From positions 1 through 53,047 of IMG/VR virus record IMGVR_UViG_3300021509_000001: DNA of 53,047 bases. One strand, given 5' to 3'. Under the pieces are notes generated by a model. That model saw only the letters and a list, made by a program, of their open reading frames with translations. It was not told the origin of the DNA and searched no databases. Positions 26,785 to 35,571 of the stretch are shown here, one piece after another. This DNA is from a virus (taxonomy: Duplodnaviria; Caudoviricetes). The position numbers and the translations under genes are program-made. Each line of letters starts with the position of its first letter. The first letter of the stretch is position 1.

Positions 26785-28782
26785 ATGATGGACAAAGCGA
26801 TCGGAGTCCACCTAAAAGACTGGCACATCGTCCAGGGAGTCCGCACCGGGAACTCCCCTTGGTCCCCGATCGCCATCGCCCAAGTGCCGGTCAAGGAACC
26901 GGCCCCGTCCGCCCCCGTCATCGAGTCAGTGACCGCGCCCGAAGCCTCGGCGGGCGTCCTGGAGATCAAAGTCAGCTTGCCGGAAACCAACGCAGACGGC
27001 ACAGCTTTGGCCAGAGCGGAACTGGTCAGGCTCAGGCTGCACCACTCGACCAGCCCGGGCGTGGCGGAGTCCGATCCCTACGTCGACTTCCCGCCGTCCG
27101 AGACCTTGCTCTGGGCCCCGAACGACACGGCCACGCACTACGTGCGCGTGCGCGTCCAGGACTCGCACGGGCTGTGGTCCGAGCTTTCGAACGAGGCTTC
27201 CGGGCAAGCGCATGCCTCGACACCCCAAGAGGACTCGGGCCTCTGGGCCCACCGGCTCGGGGTCGAGTCGGTCTTCACGAACGACTCGCCGGAGCCCGGC
27301 TACGTGTCGTGGTCGAACGTCGTGCTTTACTGGAAAGACAACAAGTACGAAATAGAAGACGGGAGCACGAACAAGAAGTACATCTGGTGGGATTACTCGA
27401 CTTCCACCACGACCTTCCAGACTTCTGACACGCGGCCCGAGCTGGACCTCGAGGATGTGATTGTCGGCTACAACGACAACGGGACCTGGCGGCTCATGTG
27501 CTACCAGCCCACGGTCATGGCGGACTACGTGCGGGCCGGGGTCCTGCAGAGCTCCAACTGGGGCGCCACGACGGGCTCGCAGCTGGACCTCGACAACGGC
27601 ACGCTCAAGCTGGGCGGTTCCGACTCGCCGAAATTCCAAGTGGACGCGGACGGCGTGTTGCACGCGACGGGAGCCGTCATTTCAGGAAATGTCACCATCA
27701 CGGGAGGCACCGGCGTGGCGAATCTTTCTGACGCCGGAGCCCTCGCGACCTTAGACGTAGTGGGTACGGCCCAGATCGAGGACCTGGCAGTGACCGAAGC
27801 AAAAATAGCCAATGCGGCGATCACCAACGCGAAGATCGCGAACGCCGCGATCACGAACGCCAAGATAGCCGACGCCACCATCACGAGCGCGAAAATCTCC
27901 GACCTGACGTTCGACAAGATCACCGCCGGCACCAACACCGCCAGCCTGACGATCGGCTCGGGCGGGTACATCCAGTCGGCCAACTACTCGGCCGGGAGTT
28001 CGGGGTTCAGGATCAGCGGTTCGGGGGACGCGGAGTTTAATGATGTCACGGTGAGGGGGGCGCTGATCACCACAAGTTCAAATTCCAATATAAACGCTGA
28101 TTATATCAAGTCTGGAACGATCACAGGAAGGAAGATCCAGACTGCAGCTTCTGGTACACGGGCTGTCCTCGAGACAGGCGGCACATATAGCCATCATCTT
28201 ATATTCTATGATTCTTCCGGTTACATGCGTTTGTATTTAAGGACGAGCGGCATCATTGCAAGGGACACATCCAATATAGACGCTTTCTTCCTTGCCGGAC
28301 CAGATCGTGCCTTTTTCCTCTATGATAATTCAGGAAACAATTCAGTGGCTTTGGGTGGTGGTCCCTATCCTGATCTCACTTTTTACCGGGATGGAAAAAT
28401 CAGAGGGTACGGAGGAGCAACTGTCACTTTATCAACCGGCGTAAAAGGTCGCTTCTCTTATTCTGGCGCTCAAGTTTTTTCCGGGAATGCCCCCACTTCA
28501 TGGACCGATCTCGACCTTTCTTCTTATGTGGGCAGTGGGAGGGCTTTGGTGTTCTTAAAAGTGATAAATTCTAGCGGATTCACACGGCAATATGAGTTCA
28601 GGGCAAACGGCGATACCGATAGTTATTCCTACGGCGCTGACTGGCCACAGTGTTCAGCATGCACGATCGCAAACGGAGAGTGCGGTACAGTTTGGGCGAT
28701 AACCTCTGCATTGGGCGTCCTTGAGTGGAAATCTAACGGAACCGGCTCTGTAACAATTCAGCTTTTGGCTTACATCACATGA
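26785..28782 (+). CDS. Tail fibre / host-specificity protein
   Basis: FN3-like YVRVRVQD..G.WS.LS; tandem ITNAKIANAA repeats; GDAEFNDVTVRG. Confidence 0.85.
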   Translation: MMDKAIGVHLKDWHIVQGVRTGNSPWSPIAIAQVPVKEPAPSAPVIESVTAPEASAGVLEIKVSLPETNADGTALARAELVRLRLHHSTSPGVAESDPYVDFPPSETLLWAPNDTATHYVRVRVQDSHGLWSELSNEASGQAHASTPQEDSGLWAHRLGVESVFTNDSPEPGYVSWSNVVLYWKDNKYEIEDGSTNKKYIWWDYSTSTTTFQTSDTRPELDLEDVIVGYNDNGTWRLMCYQPTVMADYVRAGVLQSSNWGATTGSQLDLDNGTLKLGGSDSPKFQVDADGVLHATGAVISGNVTITGGTGVANLSDAGALATLDVVGTAQIEDLAVTEAKIANAAITNAKIANAAITNAKIADATITSAKISDLTFDKITAGTNTASLTIGSGGYIQSANYSAGSSGFRISGSGDAEFNDVTVRGALITTSSNSNINADYIKSGTITGRKIQTAASGTRAVLETGGTYSHHLIFYDSSGYMRLYLRTSGIIARDTSNIDAFFLAGPDRAFFLYDNSGNNSVALGGGPYPDLTFYRDGKIRGYGGATVTLSTGVKGRFSYSGAQVFSGNAPTSWTDLDLSSYVGSGRALVFLKVINSSGFTRQYEFRANGDTDSYSYGADWPQCSACTIANGECGTVWAITSALGVLEWKSNGTGSVTIQLLAYIT

Positions 28783-28783
28783 C

Positions 28784-29278
28784 TCATTTAGAAAATCGAA
28801 GGAACGTTCCTATGGGAGGCCAACCGGTTGGAGGAATCCACATACTGTCAAGCAAAAGAGGATAAAAAGCTTCCATCCACTGGCTAGTCGGAAGTGCTTC
28901 AATGGCTTTGATTTGGCTGTCTGTTAAGTGAGGCTCAAAGAATCTCGGATTCATGTTGTAAACGAAAGGGAACCAAGGTCCGAACGCTCGGCATTGTAAC
29001 ACATGCGTCAGTTCGTGAGCTATGACGTACTTTTCATGTTCGGGATCAAGACCTTCACAAACGACTGCTACGTTTCCGAAAGCAAAACCGCAAACGTCTT
29101 TTCCTGCGAATCGCCGAGCGGTATCGAAGTCCGTCCTCACCAGAAAAACGGGGTCCAGATTGATTTTAAGTTCCCCGTCGTACCGGAACGCGAGGTCGAC
29201 GTGGTGAACCTGGACAGACGAACCGGCCAAGGCCAGGGCGGCCAGGACCGCGAGCTGGACGTAACTCCACAAATTCAC
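28784..29278 (-). CDS. Signal-anchored HExxH metallopeptidase-like protein
   Basis: N-terminal hydrophobic helix; VIAHELTHVLQ; GGAGG RBS before GTG 29278. Confidence 0.65.
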   Translation of the reverse strand: MNLWSYVQLAVLAALALAGSSVQVHHVDLAFRYDGELKINLDPVFLVRTDFDTARRFAGKDVCGFAFGNVAVVCEGLDPEHEKYVIAHELTHVLQCRAFGPWFPFVYNMNPRFFEPHLTDSQIKAIEALPTSQWMEAFYPLLLDSMWIPPTGWPPIGTFLRFSK

Positions 29279-29360
29279 GTTCCGCCTCCGATCGCGAAGG
29301 GAAGGCCGGGCCACATCGCTTCCCGGATCACCTCCTTCCGGCCCGGCCTCTCCTTTCCGC

Positions 29361-29642
29361 CTACTTCTCTCGCTTTTTCGTCAGCGGGTACCAAGCCGAC
29401 GCGGTCGCGTAGATCGCGGTCCACGCGGCGGTGACGGCCTCGAGGCACTTGAGAGGATCCGTGACGTCGAACGTCAAGCCGGCGAATCCTCCCGTGACGA
29501 CGTTGTACCCGATCGCCACGAGAAGCGAGACGATCATGATGCCCCAAGCCGCGCTGACGTCGGACAAGTGCAGGCTGCGCTTGATCGCCTCGTAGACCCA
29601 GCGCAGGATCGTTCCCAACACGACTCCGAAGCCCACGTCCAT
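29361..29642 (-). CDS. Small multi-TM protein (holin-like)
   Basis: 2-3 hydrophobic helices, basic C-terminus KKREK. Confidence 0.6.
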   Translation of the reverse strand: MDVGFGVVLGTILRWVYEAIKRSLHLSDVSAAWGIMIVSLLVAIGYNVVTGGFAGLTFDVTDPLKCLEAVTAAWTAIYATASAWYPLTKKREK

Positions 29643-29658
29643 GTTATGTCACCTCCTC

Positions 29659-30459
29659 TTAACCGGGATAACCCACTTGGACGGTCCGCTCGATCACGAC
29701 CCGGCGCATGACGTTGTCGGAGACGTACAGGCGAACCCGGTAGGTCCACGTGCCGGGTCCCGACTCCGGGCACACCGGCCCGGGCAGGCCGTGCTCGAGT
29801 GTGAAGGTCTCGCCTTCGCGCCTGATAAATTCTGGCTCGGTCTTCCAGGGGTACGGGATCGGGTCCCCGGTCTCCGGGGCGATCCGCACGATCTCCCACT
29901 TGTACCAGAGGGGAGCGCCGTCGGGCGAATAGGAGCCAGTCGCCGAGAAGGTCAGCTTCTGCCAAGGCAAGATGGGCTCGTCTTCCGAGCACAAGCGGCC
30001 ACGGAAGTCCACGATCACGATGTTGGCGTGGGGCAAGCCCCCTTCGAGCAAGTTGACCTCCGTCACGAGCCAGGACTCCATCAGGCCGTCTCCGTCCGAG
30101 TCGACCCGGCCCTGCGAAGCCACGTCGAAGTGCAAGGGATCCGGAGGCCCGCCCGGAGGTCCGGAAGAACCGGACGCCAGTTCCTCCACGCACAGGCGGA
30201 CCCCGTAGACCCCTCTCTTTCCGTAAACGTGCGTCTCGACGGGCTTGCCCCTGACGAGGCCGCTCCCGTCCCCGAAATCCCACCAAAATGCGAGGCGGTC
30301 CCCGACAGAACCCGAAGCGTCGAAGATGACTGTCTTGCGGTCGGGAAGGACGGTGTAGGTGAGCTTTGCGACGGGACCCGTCTCCGAGTCGATCAGGCCG
30401 GTGCAACCGGCGAGACCCAACGCGAGCAAAACCAGCAGCAGGACAAAAACGCGACGCAT
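29659..30459 (-). CDS. PKD-domain lipoprotein
   Basis: Lipobox LAGC; FDASGS, WWDFGDG, H.Y...G.Y.V.L; second degenerate PKD domain. Confidence 0.8.
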   Translation of the reverse strand: MRRVFVLLLVLLALGLAGCTGLIDSETGPVAKLTYTVLPDRKTVIFDASGSVGDRLAFWWDFGDGSGLVRGKPVETHVYGKRGVYGVRLCVEELASGSSGPPGGPPDPLHFDVASQGRVDSDGDGLMESWLVTEVNLLEGGLPHANIVIVDFRGRLCSEDEPILPWQKLTFSATGSYSPDGAPLWYKWEIVRIAPETGDPIPYPWKTEPEFIRREGETFTLEHGLPGPVCPESGPGTWTYRVRLYVSDNVMRRVVIERTVQVGYPG

Positions 30460-30461
30460 GA

Positions 30462-30944
30462 TTAGAGGCCAGTCTCTGTCGGGCCGGCCTCGGGCGGATT
30501 CTCTTCAGGCGCCAGGAGGGCGTCCAGGTACAGCTTGGCTCCGACGGACAGGGTCGGAGCCCCGAACGGTTCGTCCTCCTCGAGGAAATTGAAGTAGTAG
30601 AGTTTCCCGAAGACGTCGAAGCTCCCGAAGGAGCTGGAGACCAGGAGGTAAGGGGCCCAAGCCGAGTTGGTCAGGCTCCAGTCTTCCCAGTCGATCAGCA
30701 GGAGGACGCCCCCGCCGAAGCCGAAGTTCCTGGCGATCTCGACCTCGCCCTCGCCGCCGAATCCCCACCAGCCGGAGAGGATGTAGGGAGTCCACTTGAT
30801 CACGTACCCGGAAAGGCCCGAGTCGGTGAAACCGACCTCGAACCCCAGGTTGCCCCAAGCGGCCTCCACCCCGGCGAAGGGCGAGGCGATGGCCGCGGCG
30901 GCCAAAACCGCCAAGGCCACGGTCGCTAGTGCGATTTTCCGCAT
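30462..30944 (-). CDS. Secreted, aromatic/Gly-rich protein, possibly a small outer-membrane beta-barrel
   Basis: Signal peptide; alternating hydrophobic strands. Confidence 0.55.
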   Translation of the reverse strand: MRKIALATVALAVLAAAAIASPFAGVEAAWGNLGFEVGFTDSGLSGYVIKWTPYILSGWWGFGGEGEVEIARNFGFGGGVLLLIDWEDWSLTNSAWAPYLLVSSSFGSFDVFGKLYYFNFLEEDEPFGAPTLSVGAKLYLDALLAPEENPPEAGPTETGL

Positions 30945-30964
30945 GATCCACCTCCTCGTTTCGT

Positions 30965-31237
30965 TTACGGATTTTTCTTTTCTTTTCTTCCGTCTGTCAA
31001 GCTCTTTTCTGGAACCTCCAAGCCTTTGAGCTGGAAGTTCTCGAAGATGGGTCTCACCGATCCCAGGTCCGCCGTCACCTCCTCCCTTTCGAGAACGTCT
31101 TTCACCGCGGAGCCGATCTGTCCTCCGAGGGCGTCGCGCTCCTGAATCAGGCGATTGATCTCCCGCTGGAGAAGTTCCAGCCTGAGATACATCGCCTCCA
31201 ACTTGACTCGTTTGTCCTCTTCCAGTCTTAGTAGCAT
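30965..31237 (-). CDS. Hypothetical coiled-coil protein
   Basis: 90-aa ORF directly downstream of the tRNA-like element. Confidence 0.6.
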   Translation of the reverse strand: MLLRLEEDKRVKLEAMYLRLELLQREINRLIQERDALGGQIGSAVKDVLEREEVTADLGSVRPIFENFQLKGLEVPEKSLTDGRKEKKNP

Positions 31238-31241
31238 AGCT

Positions 31242-31350
31242 AGCCGGAGACCGGGGACTCGAACCCCGAGGTCAGTCCTTCGCGGAAGGAGGACGAAACC
31301 GCGAAGGCGTCGGGACTCCGTACCCTACTCCCCGCACCGTGCTCCCCGGC
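31242..31350 (-). ncRNA. tRNA-like RNA without a canonical anticodon arm
   Basis: T arm CGGGG-TTCGAGT-CCCCG; 8-bp end pairing GCCGGGGA/TCTCCGGC; promoter TTGACT-18-TACACT (31410-31381). Confidence 0.55.
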
Positions 31351-31753
31351 CGCGCGCGCTGTATTTGGCATGTCCGCCATAGTGTAAGACCCTTCCGCCT
31401 TCGGAGTCAACTCCCGAGAGCAGGCTTCTGAGCGTTCGCGCTTCCTCGAGGGAAAGCTTTCGTTTCGTGGGGCGGAACCGCTTGCCCAGCAGGAGCTCGA
31501 GGCGTTCCTTCCCGAAGGCCCTCACCGTTTCCCCGAAAGCCTTCTCCAGGAGCCGGTCCGTCGGCCCCTGCCCGGATGCCTTCACTTCCCGCAGAATCCT
31601 CTCCGCGTCGGCCCTCAACTGGACCTCATCCTGCCACGCCAGTTCTTCCTCCAGGCTCCGGGGCGGCCGGCGGGCGAACCTTTCGTTCGCCAGTTTCCGC
31701 TCCCTTTCAACGTCGGGAGCCAGGAGGAGCGCCAGGAGTTCATCGTTCTTCAT
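31325..31753 (-). CDS. Hypothetical protein
   Basis: ORF coupled to upstream gene; its C-terminus overlaps the ncRNA promoter. Confidence 0.6.
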   Translation of the reverse strand: MKNDELLALLLAPDVERERKLANERFARRPPRSLEEELAWQDEVQLRADAERILREVKASGQGPTDRLLEKAFGETVRAFGKERLELLLGKRFRPTKRKLSLEEARTLRSLLSGVDSEGGRVLHYGGHAKYSARGRGARCGE

Positions 31754-32102
31754 GGCCTGTCCTTTTCGCGAGTCGCACGATCTTTTCCGCGCACTCCTTG
31801 CAGAGCTTGGTGGGCTCTCCTTGTTCGTCTTTGATCAGCTCGTCTGGCTCGCATTCCCTTCCGCACAACTTGCACCGAAAGGTCCGCTTTCCGACCCTGC
31901 ATTTTGGGCAATACTTCGCTTTCGTGAGTCGAGTCGTGAAGGGCGCGCCGCACCTTTCGCACGCCTTGCGGAAGACCGGAACCGGACCAGCCCTCGCCAC
32001 CAGCTGGTGCGCGCGTTGCCTCGACACCCCGAGCCGTTCCCCGATCTCCCGATAAGTCAGGCCCTTCTTCCTGAGCTCAAGCGCGAGTTCGCTTCTGTCC
32101 AT
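31740..32102 (-). CDS. HTH plus zinc-finger DNA-binding protein (possible transcription regulator)
   Basis: GLTYREIGERLGVSRQRAHQL; four CxxC pairs. Confidence 0.8.
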   Translation of the reverse strand: MDRSELALELRKKGLTYREIGERLGVSRQRAHQLVARAGPVPVFRKACERCGAPFTTRLTKAKYCPKCRVGKRTFRCKLCGRECEPDELIKDEQGEPTKLCKECAEKIVRLAKRTGHEER

Positions 32103-32238
32103 CGAGCCTCTCCTTCAGGGCCTGCCGTGCGAGTTCCTTGAATGCCTTGCTCCGTTTGCCTTTCGGCTGGGCCTCGAGGAACGCGATCAGGTCCTGATCT
32201 TCCTTCTCGGAAAGATAGATCGGGCATATCCTGATCAT
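32077..32238 (-). CDS. Small ribbon-helix-helix-like protein
   Basis: MIRICPIYLSEKEDQDLIAFLE..PKGKRS..FKELARQAL; GGAGG RBS. Confidence 0.55.
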   Translation of the reverse strand: MIRICPIYLSEKEDQDLIAFLEAQPKGKRSKAFKELARQALKERLDGQKRTRA

Positions 32239-33080
32239 AGTTCCTCCTTCCGCACGCCCCTGACGAGGGAGCCGCCCTTCAGGACCCAGGCTCCGGGCGG
32301 CACTTCGTCTTCCCACTTGCCTTCGGGATCGATCTCCACCTGCCTGATCTCGCCGGTCCCGATCCAGCCCTTGCGCTTCCTCGCCTTCTTGAGCTTGGCC
32401 TCGACCCAGCGCCAGAACTCGGGCGGCGGGACCGAAGTCGCGACGTCCAGGATCTCCTTGGCCCGGTCGGGATGCCTGCGGGCCAGGTCCACGACCTCGA
32501 AGGAGAGGTGCTGGAAGTCTTCTATGCCTCGCTCTCGCACGAACCGCGCGCAGCGGATCATCCGCTTGACCTCCGCGCTCGTGTAGCCGAGGTCGGCCCC
32601 GAAGTCGTAAACGTCCGCGCACGATCCCGACGTGGCCGTCGGAAGGAGACGGTTGGCTCGATGGAGCTCGTGAAGGGCCGCGGCCAAGGCCCACAGGTTG
32701 GCCCTGGCCTGGATCGATTGGAGCATCGCCATGTTCATCGTGTCCCTGACCAAAGAGATCATGCGCTTGCAATAGTACCACAACCGGTCTTTCGGGACCG
32801 GCTTGCCCCGGCAGGAGACGACTTCCAGTCCTTCGGGATCGCCGGGGATCCAACGCGTGATCCTGTAGGCGCCCCGGCCGTGGAGCTTCATATGGCAGGC
32901 ATGGCACACCAGGATGAGGTTGTCGGGCTGGTTCAAGGGCGAGTCTGGGGAATCGCCACCCATGCCCTGGTGCCTGATGTGGGCTATTTCGCTGGCCGGG
33001 ACCGGTTCGATGTGGAAAAGCTGGCACTCGCCGGCGTCCCGCTCCCAGACCTTTCGCCTGACTTCTTCAGAGATCGCCAT
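32235..33080 (-). CDS. HNH-domain protein
   Basis: VWERD..ECQ, AHI.H, N..DNLILVCHACH.K.H. Confidence 0.75.
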   Translation of the reverse strand: MAISEEVRRKVWERDAGECQLFHIEPVPASEIAHIRHQGMGGDSPDSPLNQPDNLILVCHACHMKLHGRGAYRITRWIPGDPEGLEVVSCRGKPVPKDRLWYYCKRMISLVRDTMNMAMLQSIQARANLWALAAALHELHRANRLLPTATSGSCADVYDFGADLGYTSAEVKRMIRCARFVRERGIEDFQHLSFEVVDLARRHPDRAKEILDVATSVPPPEFWRWVEAKLKKARKRKGWIGTGEIRQVEIDPEGKWEDEVPPGAWVLKGGSLVRGVRKEEL

Positions 33081-33089
33081 CGTTCTTCC

Positions 33090-33411
33090 TCACCACTCCG
33101 TCTCTACCGCCACGGGCCAGCCCCACTCCTGCAGCCATGTCTCCAGGTAGCCCTTCAGAGCATTCTCGCCGGGTGCGGCTTCGCTGACGTAGGCGATGTA
33201 CACCGCCCCATGTCGTTCGACGTGCGTGCACGCCAGATCGGCCCAATTGACAGCCGCGTCCTCCAGACCCGGGAATTCTTTTGCCCGGCTTTCGTCCACC
33301 TTGAAGATCGAAGCCGCGTCCGGCTCGTACGCGGATCACGTCCTCCGCCTTAGGGCGGAGGTCTTCCGGATACCTCTCCCAGTCCTCGCGCTTCCACAGA
33401 ACGAAATTCAT
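33090..33411 (-). pseudogene. Hypothetical gene apparently split by a 1-nt frameshift near 33335
   Basis: MNFVLWK..EDVI in one frame continues as AYEPDAASIFKVDESRAK..VETEW in another; may be an assembly error. Confidence 0.4.
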
Positions 33412-33638
33412 CCTTCCACCTCCTCCAGCGCGGCGAGGGCCTCGCGTAAGCGTTTCCCTGCCTCGCACACCTCCCGGCTTTCCATGATGTCCGGCCACGT
33501 TTCGTAGATATTCTTCTCGTTGCAGATCGCGTTGTAAAATTCCCGCGCTGCCTTGGCCACTCTCTCCAGCCTCTCTATCTCATCCAATAAGTCCTGAATG
33601 ACTTCTCTCCTCATTTTGTCCAACTTCTCACTTTGCAT
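33408..33638 (-). CDS. Hypothetical protein
   Basis: GGAGGT RBS; coupled to neighbours. Confidence 0.65.
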   Translation of the reverse strand: MQSEKLDKMRREVIQDLLDEIERLERVAKAAREFYNAICNEKNIYETWPDIMESREVCEAGKRLREALAALEEVEG

Positions 33639-34023
33639 TGCCCACCTCCATGGCCAAAAGGGCGGCGCGGCAGATGGCGAGGAGAGCAGAAGAGGCTTTC
33701 GCTCTAAAGTCGAGCTGCTCGCTCTTGGCAAAAATTACAAACCACTTATCGGCGTCCTCCAGTGCATAAGGGTTGTTCGGGCTGTATATCTCACATCCCC
33801 ATCCGTTTTCTAGCATCTTCCTTATCACTTCCCACGCCGCCGCGATGTCGGTGGAAGGGGACCACTTCCTACCTAAGACGTGATTACGAGATGGGTAGTA
33901 AATCAGCGGTCCTTCCTTACTACAGTCAAAGTCTTCGCCCTCCTTCCACCCCATTACCTTCTCGGCCATGTGCCGATTAAGCTCGGGGCCGGGTTCCAGG
34001 TTCAGGATCTCATCTCGGGTCAT
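33628..34023 (-). CDS. Phage ABA-sandwich-domain protein
   Basis: GPELN..MAEKVMGW, SPSTDIAAAWEV, AICRAALLA. Confidence 0.8.
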   Translation of the reverse strand: MTRDEILNLEPGPELNRHMAEKVMGWKEGEDFDCSKEGPLIYYPSRNHVLGRKWSPSTDIAAAWEVIRKMLENGWGCEIYSPNNPYALEDADKWFVIFAKSEQLDFRAKASSALLAICRAALLAMEVGNAK

Positions 34024-34077
34024 AAGTTCTCCCTTCGCTGGGGCGTGGGCCACCGCAAGGCCCGCGCCCTCGGCTCT

Positions 34078-34500
34078 TCAGAACGGCACGTCCGCTTCCT
34101 CTTCCTCTTTCTCGCCGAGCGGGAAATAGTCCGTGACGTTCGCATAAAGCTGGTCCTGGGGCCCTTTCCGGTGCTTGACCACGATCTTGAGCCCCTTGCC
34201 GGCCTTGAGTTCCCGGATCAAGGTGTTGGCCACGTCGCCGGGGCTTTCGAAATGGGTGTCTTCCGGCACGCCCAACGCCTTGAGCGCCAGGCAGGCCCGG
34301 AAGATGCCCCGGTCGGTCACCACGAAGTTGTCGATTATCCGCGAACCGACGTAGTCGCCTTCCGTGACCTCCCACGTGACCTTGACCATCGGGGATCCGG
34401 AGGACGCCTCCGCCTTGGTCCAGTCGGCCATAACGACCGCGTACTCCCCTTCGGGGAGAATCGCGCCCCGCTCCAATTTCTCTTTCAAGGTGAAGCCCAT
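34078..34500 (-). CDS. ssDNA-binding protein (DUF669-like)
   Basis: LPEGEY.V, SSG.PMV.VTWEV, acidic DVPF tail; adjacent to Sak4. Confidence 0.8.
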   Translation of the reverse strand: MGFTLKEKLERGAILPEGEYAVVMADWTKAEASSGSPMVKVTWEVTEGDYVGSRIIDNFVVTDRGIFRACLALKALGVPEDTHFESPGDVANTLIRELKAGKGLKIVVKHRKGPQDQLYANVTDYFPLGEKEEEEADVPF

Positions 34501-35249
34501 CACTCGCCTCCTTTATGTTCTTTGAACAAGGCCCGGATAGCCTGGAAGGTCGGCGGGCACGAACCAGCGGCGGCCAGGACCGGATGCCTTGAGCCCGCCT
34601 CGATGGCCGGCCCGGGGTTGAAAACGAACCTTCGCTCGACTCCGCCTCCCGGGAGTTCCTCCGCTTGGAGGTACATGGCGTGGCTCACGACGGCCATGAC
34701 TGCCCTGCCGAGCTTGCCGGGAAGGTCCAAGATCTTTGCGCCCATGCTAAACTCAGGATTGAAAGACGCGGTGTGGGCCACGAGCACGAGGTGGGTCGGG
34801 AAGGCCTGGAACTCCCGGATCAGGTTCAGGACCGCATCCCTGTGGGCAGCGAAGTCCGCGCCGTAGACTCCGGCTTCCCCGAGCTGGGTCGCTCCGAACT
34901 TGTGGGCGATCTCCTGCTCCAGCCACGAGGCGATCACGTCGATGGTGTCGAGCACGATGGTCTTCCAGGGAAAGCCTCCTTTCTGCTCGGCGTCCCTCAG
35001 TTCTTTGTACACGTTGCGGAGTTGGGCCAAAGCCCTGGCCCAACCGGGCTTGCCGTTTTTCGAGCGGGAGTCTATTTCCACGATGTAGCCTTCGATGTAA
35101 TCCGCGCCTCCAGGCTCGCATTCGATGATGAGGGGCTCGGGCCAGGTCGCAGCAGCGGTCGTTTTCCCGCACTTGGGAGGGCCGTACACGAGCCAGGTCG
35201 CTTGCTCGGGAAACTCGAGCTTCGGCTTTCTCTTCTCTTTAGGCAGCAT
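34500..35249 (-). CDS. Sak4-like ssDNA-annealing ATPase (AAA_24)
   Basis: YGPPKCGKTT, TIVLDTID, LVAH. Confidence 0.85.
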   Translation of the reverse strand: MLPKEKRKPKLEFPEQATWLVYGPPKCGKTTAAATWPEPLIIECEPGGADYIEGYIVEIDSRSKNGKPGWARALAQLRNVYKELRDAEQKGGFPWKTIVLDTIDVIASWLEQEIAHKFGATQLGEAGVYGADFAAHRDAVLNLIREFQAFPTHLVLVAHTASFNPEFSMGAKILDLPGKLGRAVMAVVSHAMYLQAEELPGGGVERRFVFNPGPAIEAGSRHPVLAAAGSCPPTFQAIRALFKEHKGGE

Positions 35250-35571
35250 CTTTCGCCTCCTTCACTTCGTAAAACAGGTCCTGGGCCACCACAGGATAGT
35301 CCGACCGGCTATCGCAATGGCAGCACTCGATCTCCACAAGGCCGACTTCGCCTTCCGGGTCCAAATGGCCGAGGGCCTTGGCGATGGCGGCGAGGAGTTC
35401 CTTGAGCTTTGCCACGACTGCCCGCCTGCTTCTCTCCGACTCGCCTGCGAATCCTTCCAGGGTCACTTCGTCTTGAGCGTGTTTTCCGATAAGGATGATC
35501 TCCACCGTCCCGTCCGGCCACACTTCGGCCTTTACCTTCTTGAGCTCTTCAATATCAATTCTCAAGTCCAT
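35239..35571 (-). CDS. Hypothetical protein
   Basis: AAAGGAGG RBS. Confidence 0.65.
   Translation of the reverse strand: MDLRIDIEELKKVKAEVWPDGTVEIILIGKHAQDEVTLEGFAGESERSRRAVVAKLKELLAAIAKALGHLDPEGEVGLVEIECCHCDSRSDYPVVAQDLFYEVKEAKDAA

Noticed and set aside
27770-27925. 30-nt tandem repeats as a possible array
   Set aside because: Coding ITNAKIANAA repeats common in tail fibres; no spacers, so not CRISPR
28030-28782. Diversity-generating retroelement target at the fibre tip
   Set aside because: No reverse transcriptase and no template repeat seen
31240-31380. 46-codon ORF spanning the tRNA-like element, or a functional tRNA gene
   Set aside because: The peptide is uninformative and the ATG abuts the -10 box; no 7-nt anticodon loop on a 5-bp stem, so not called a tRNA
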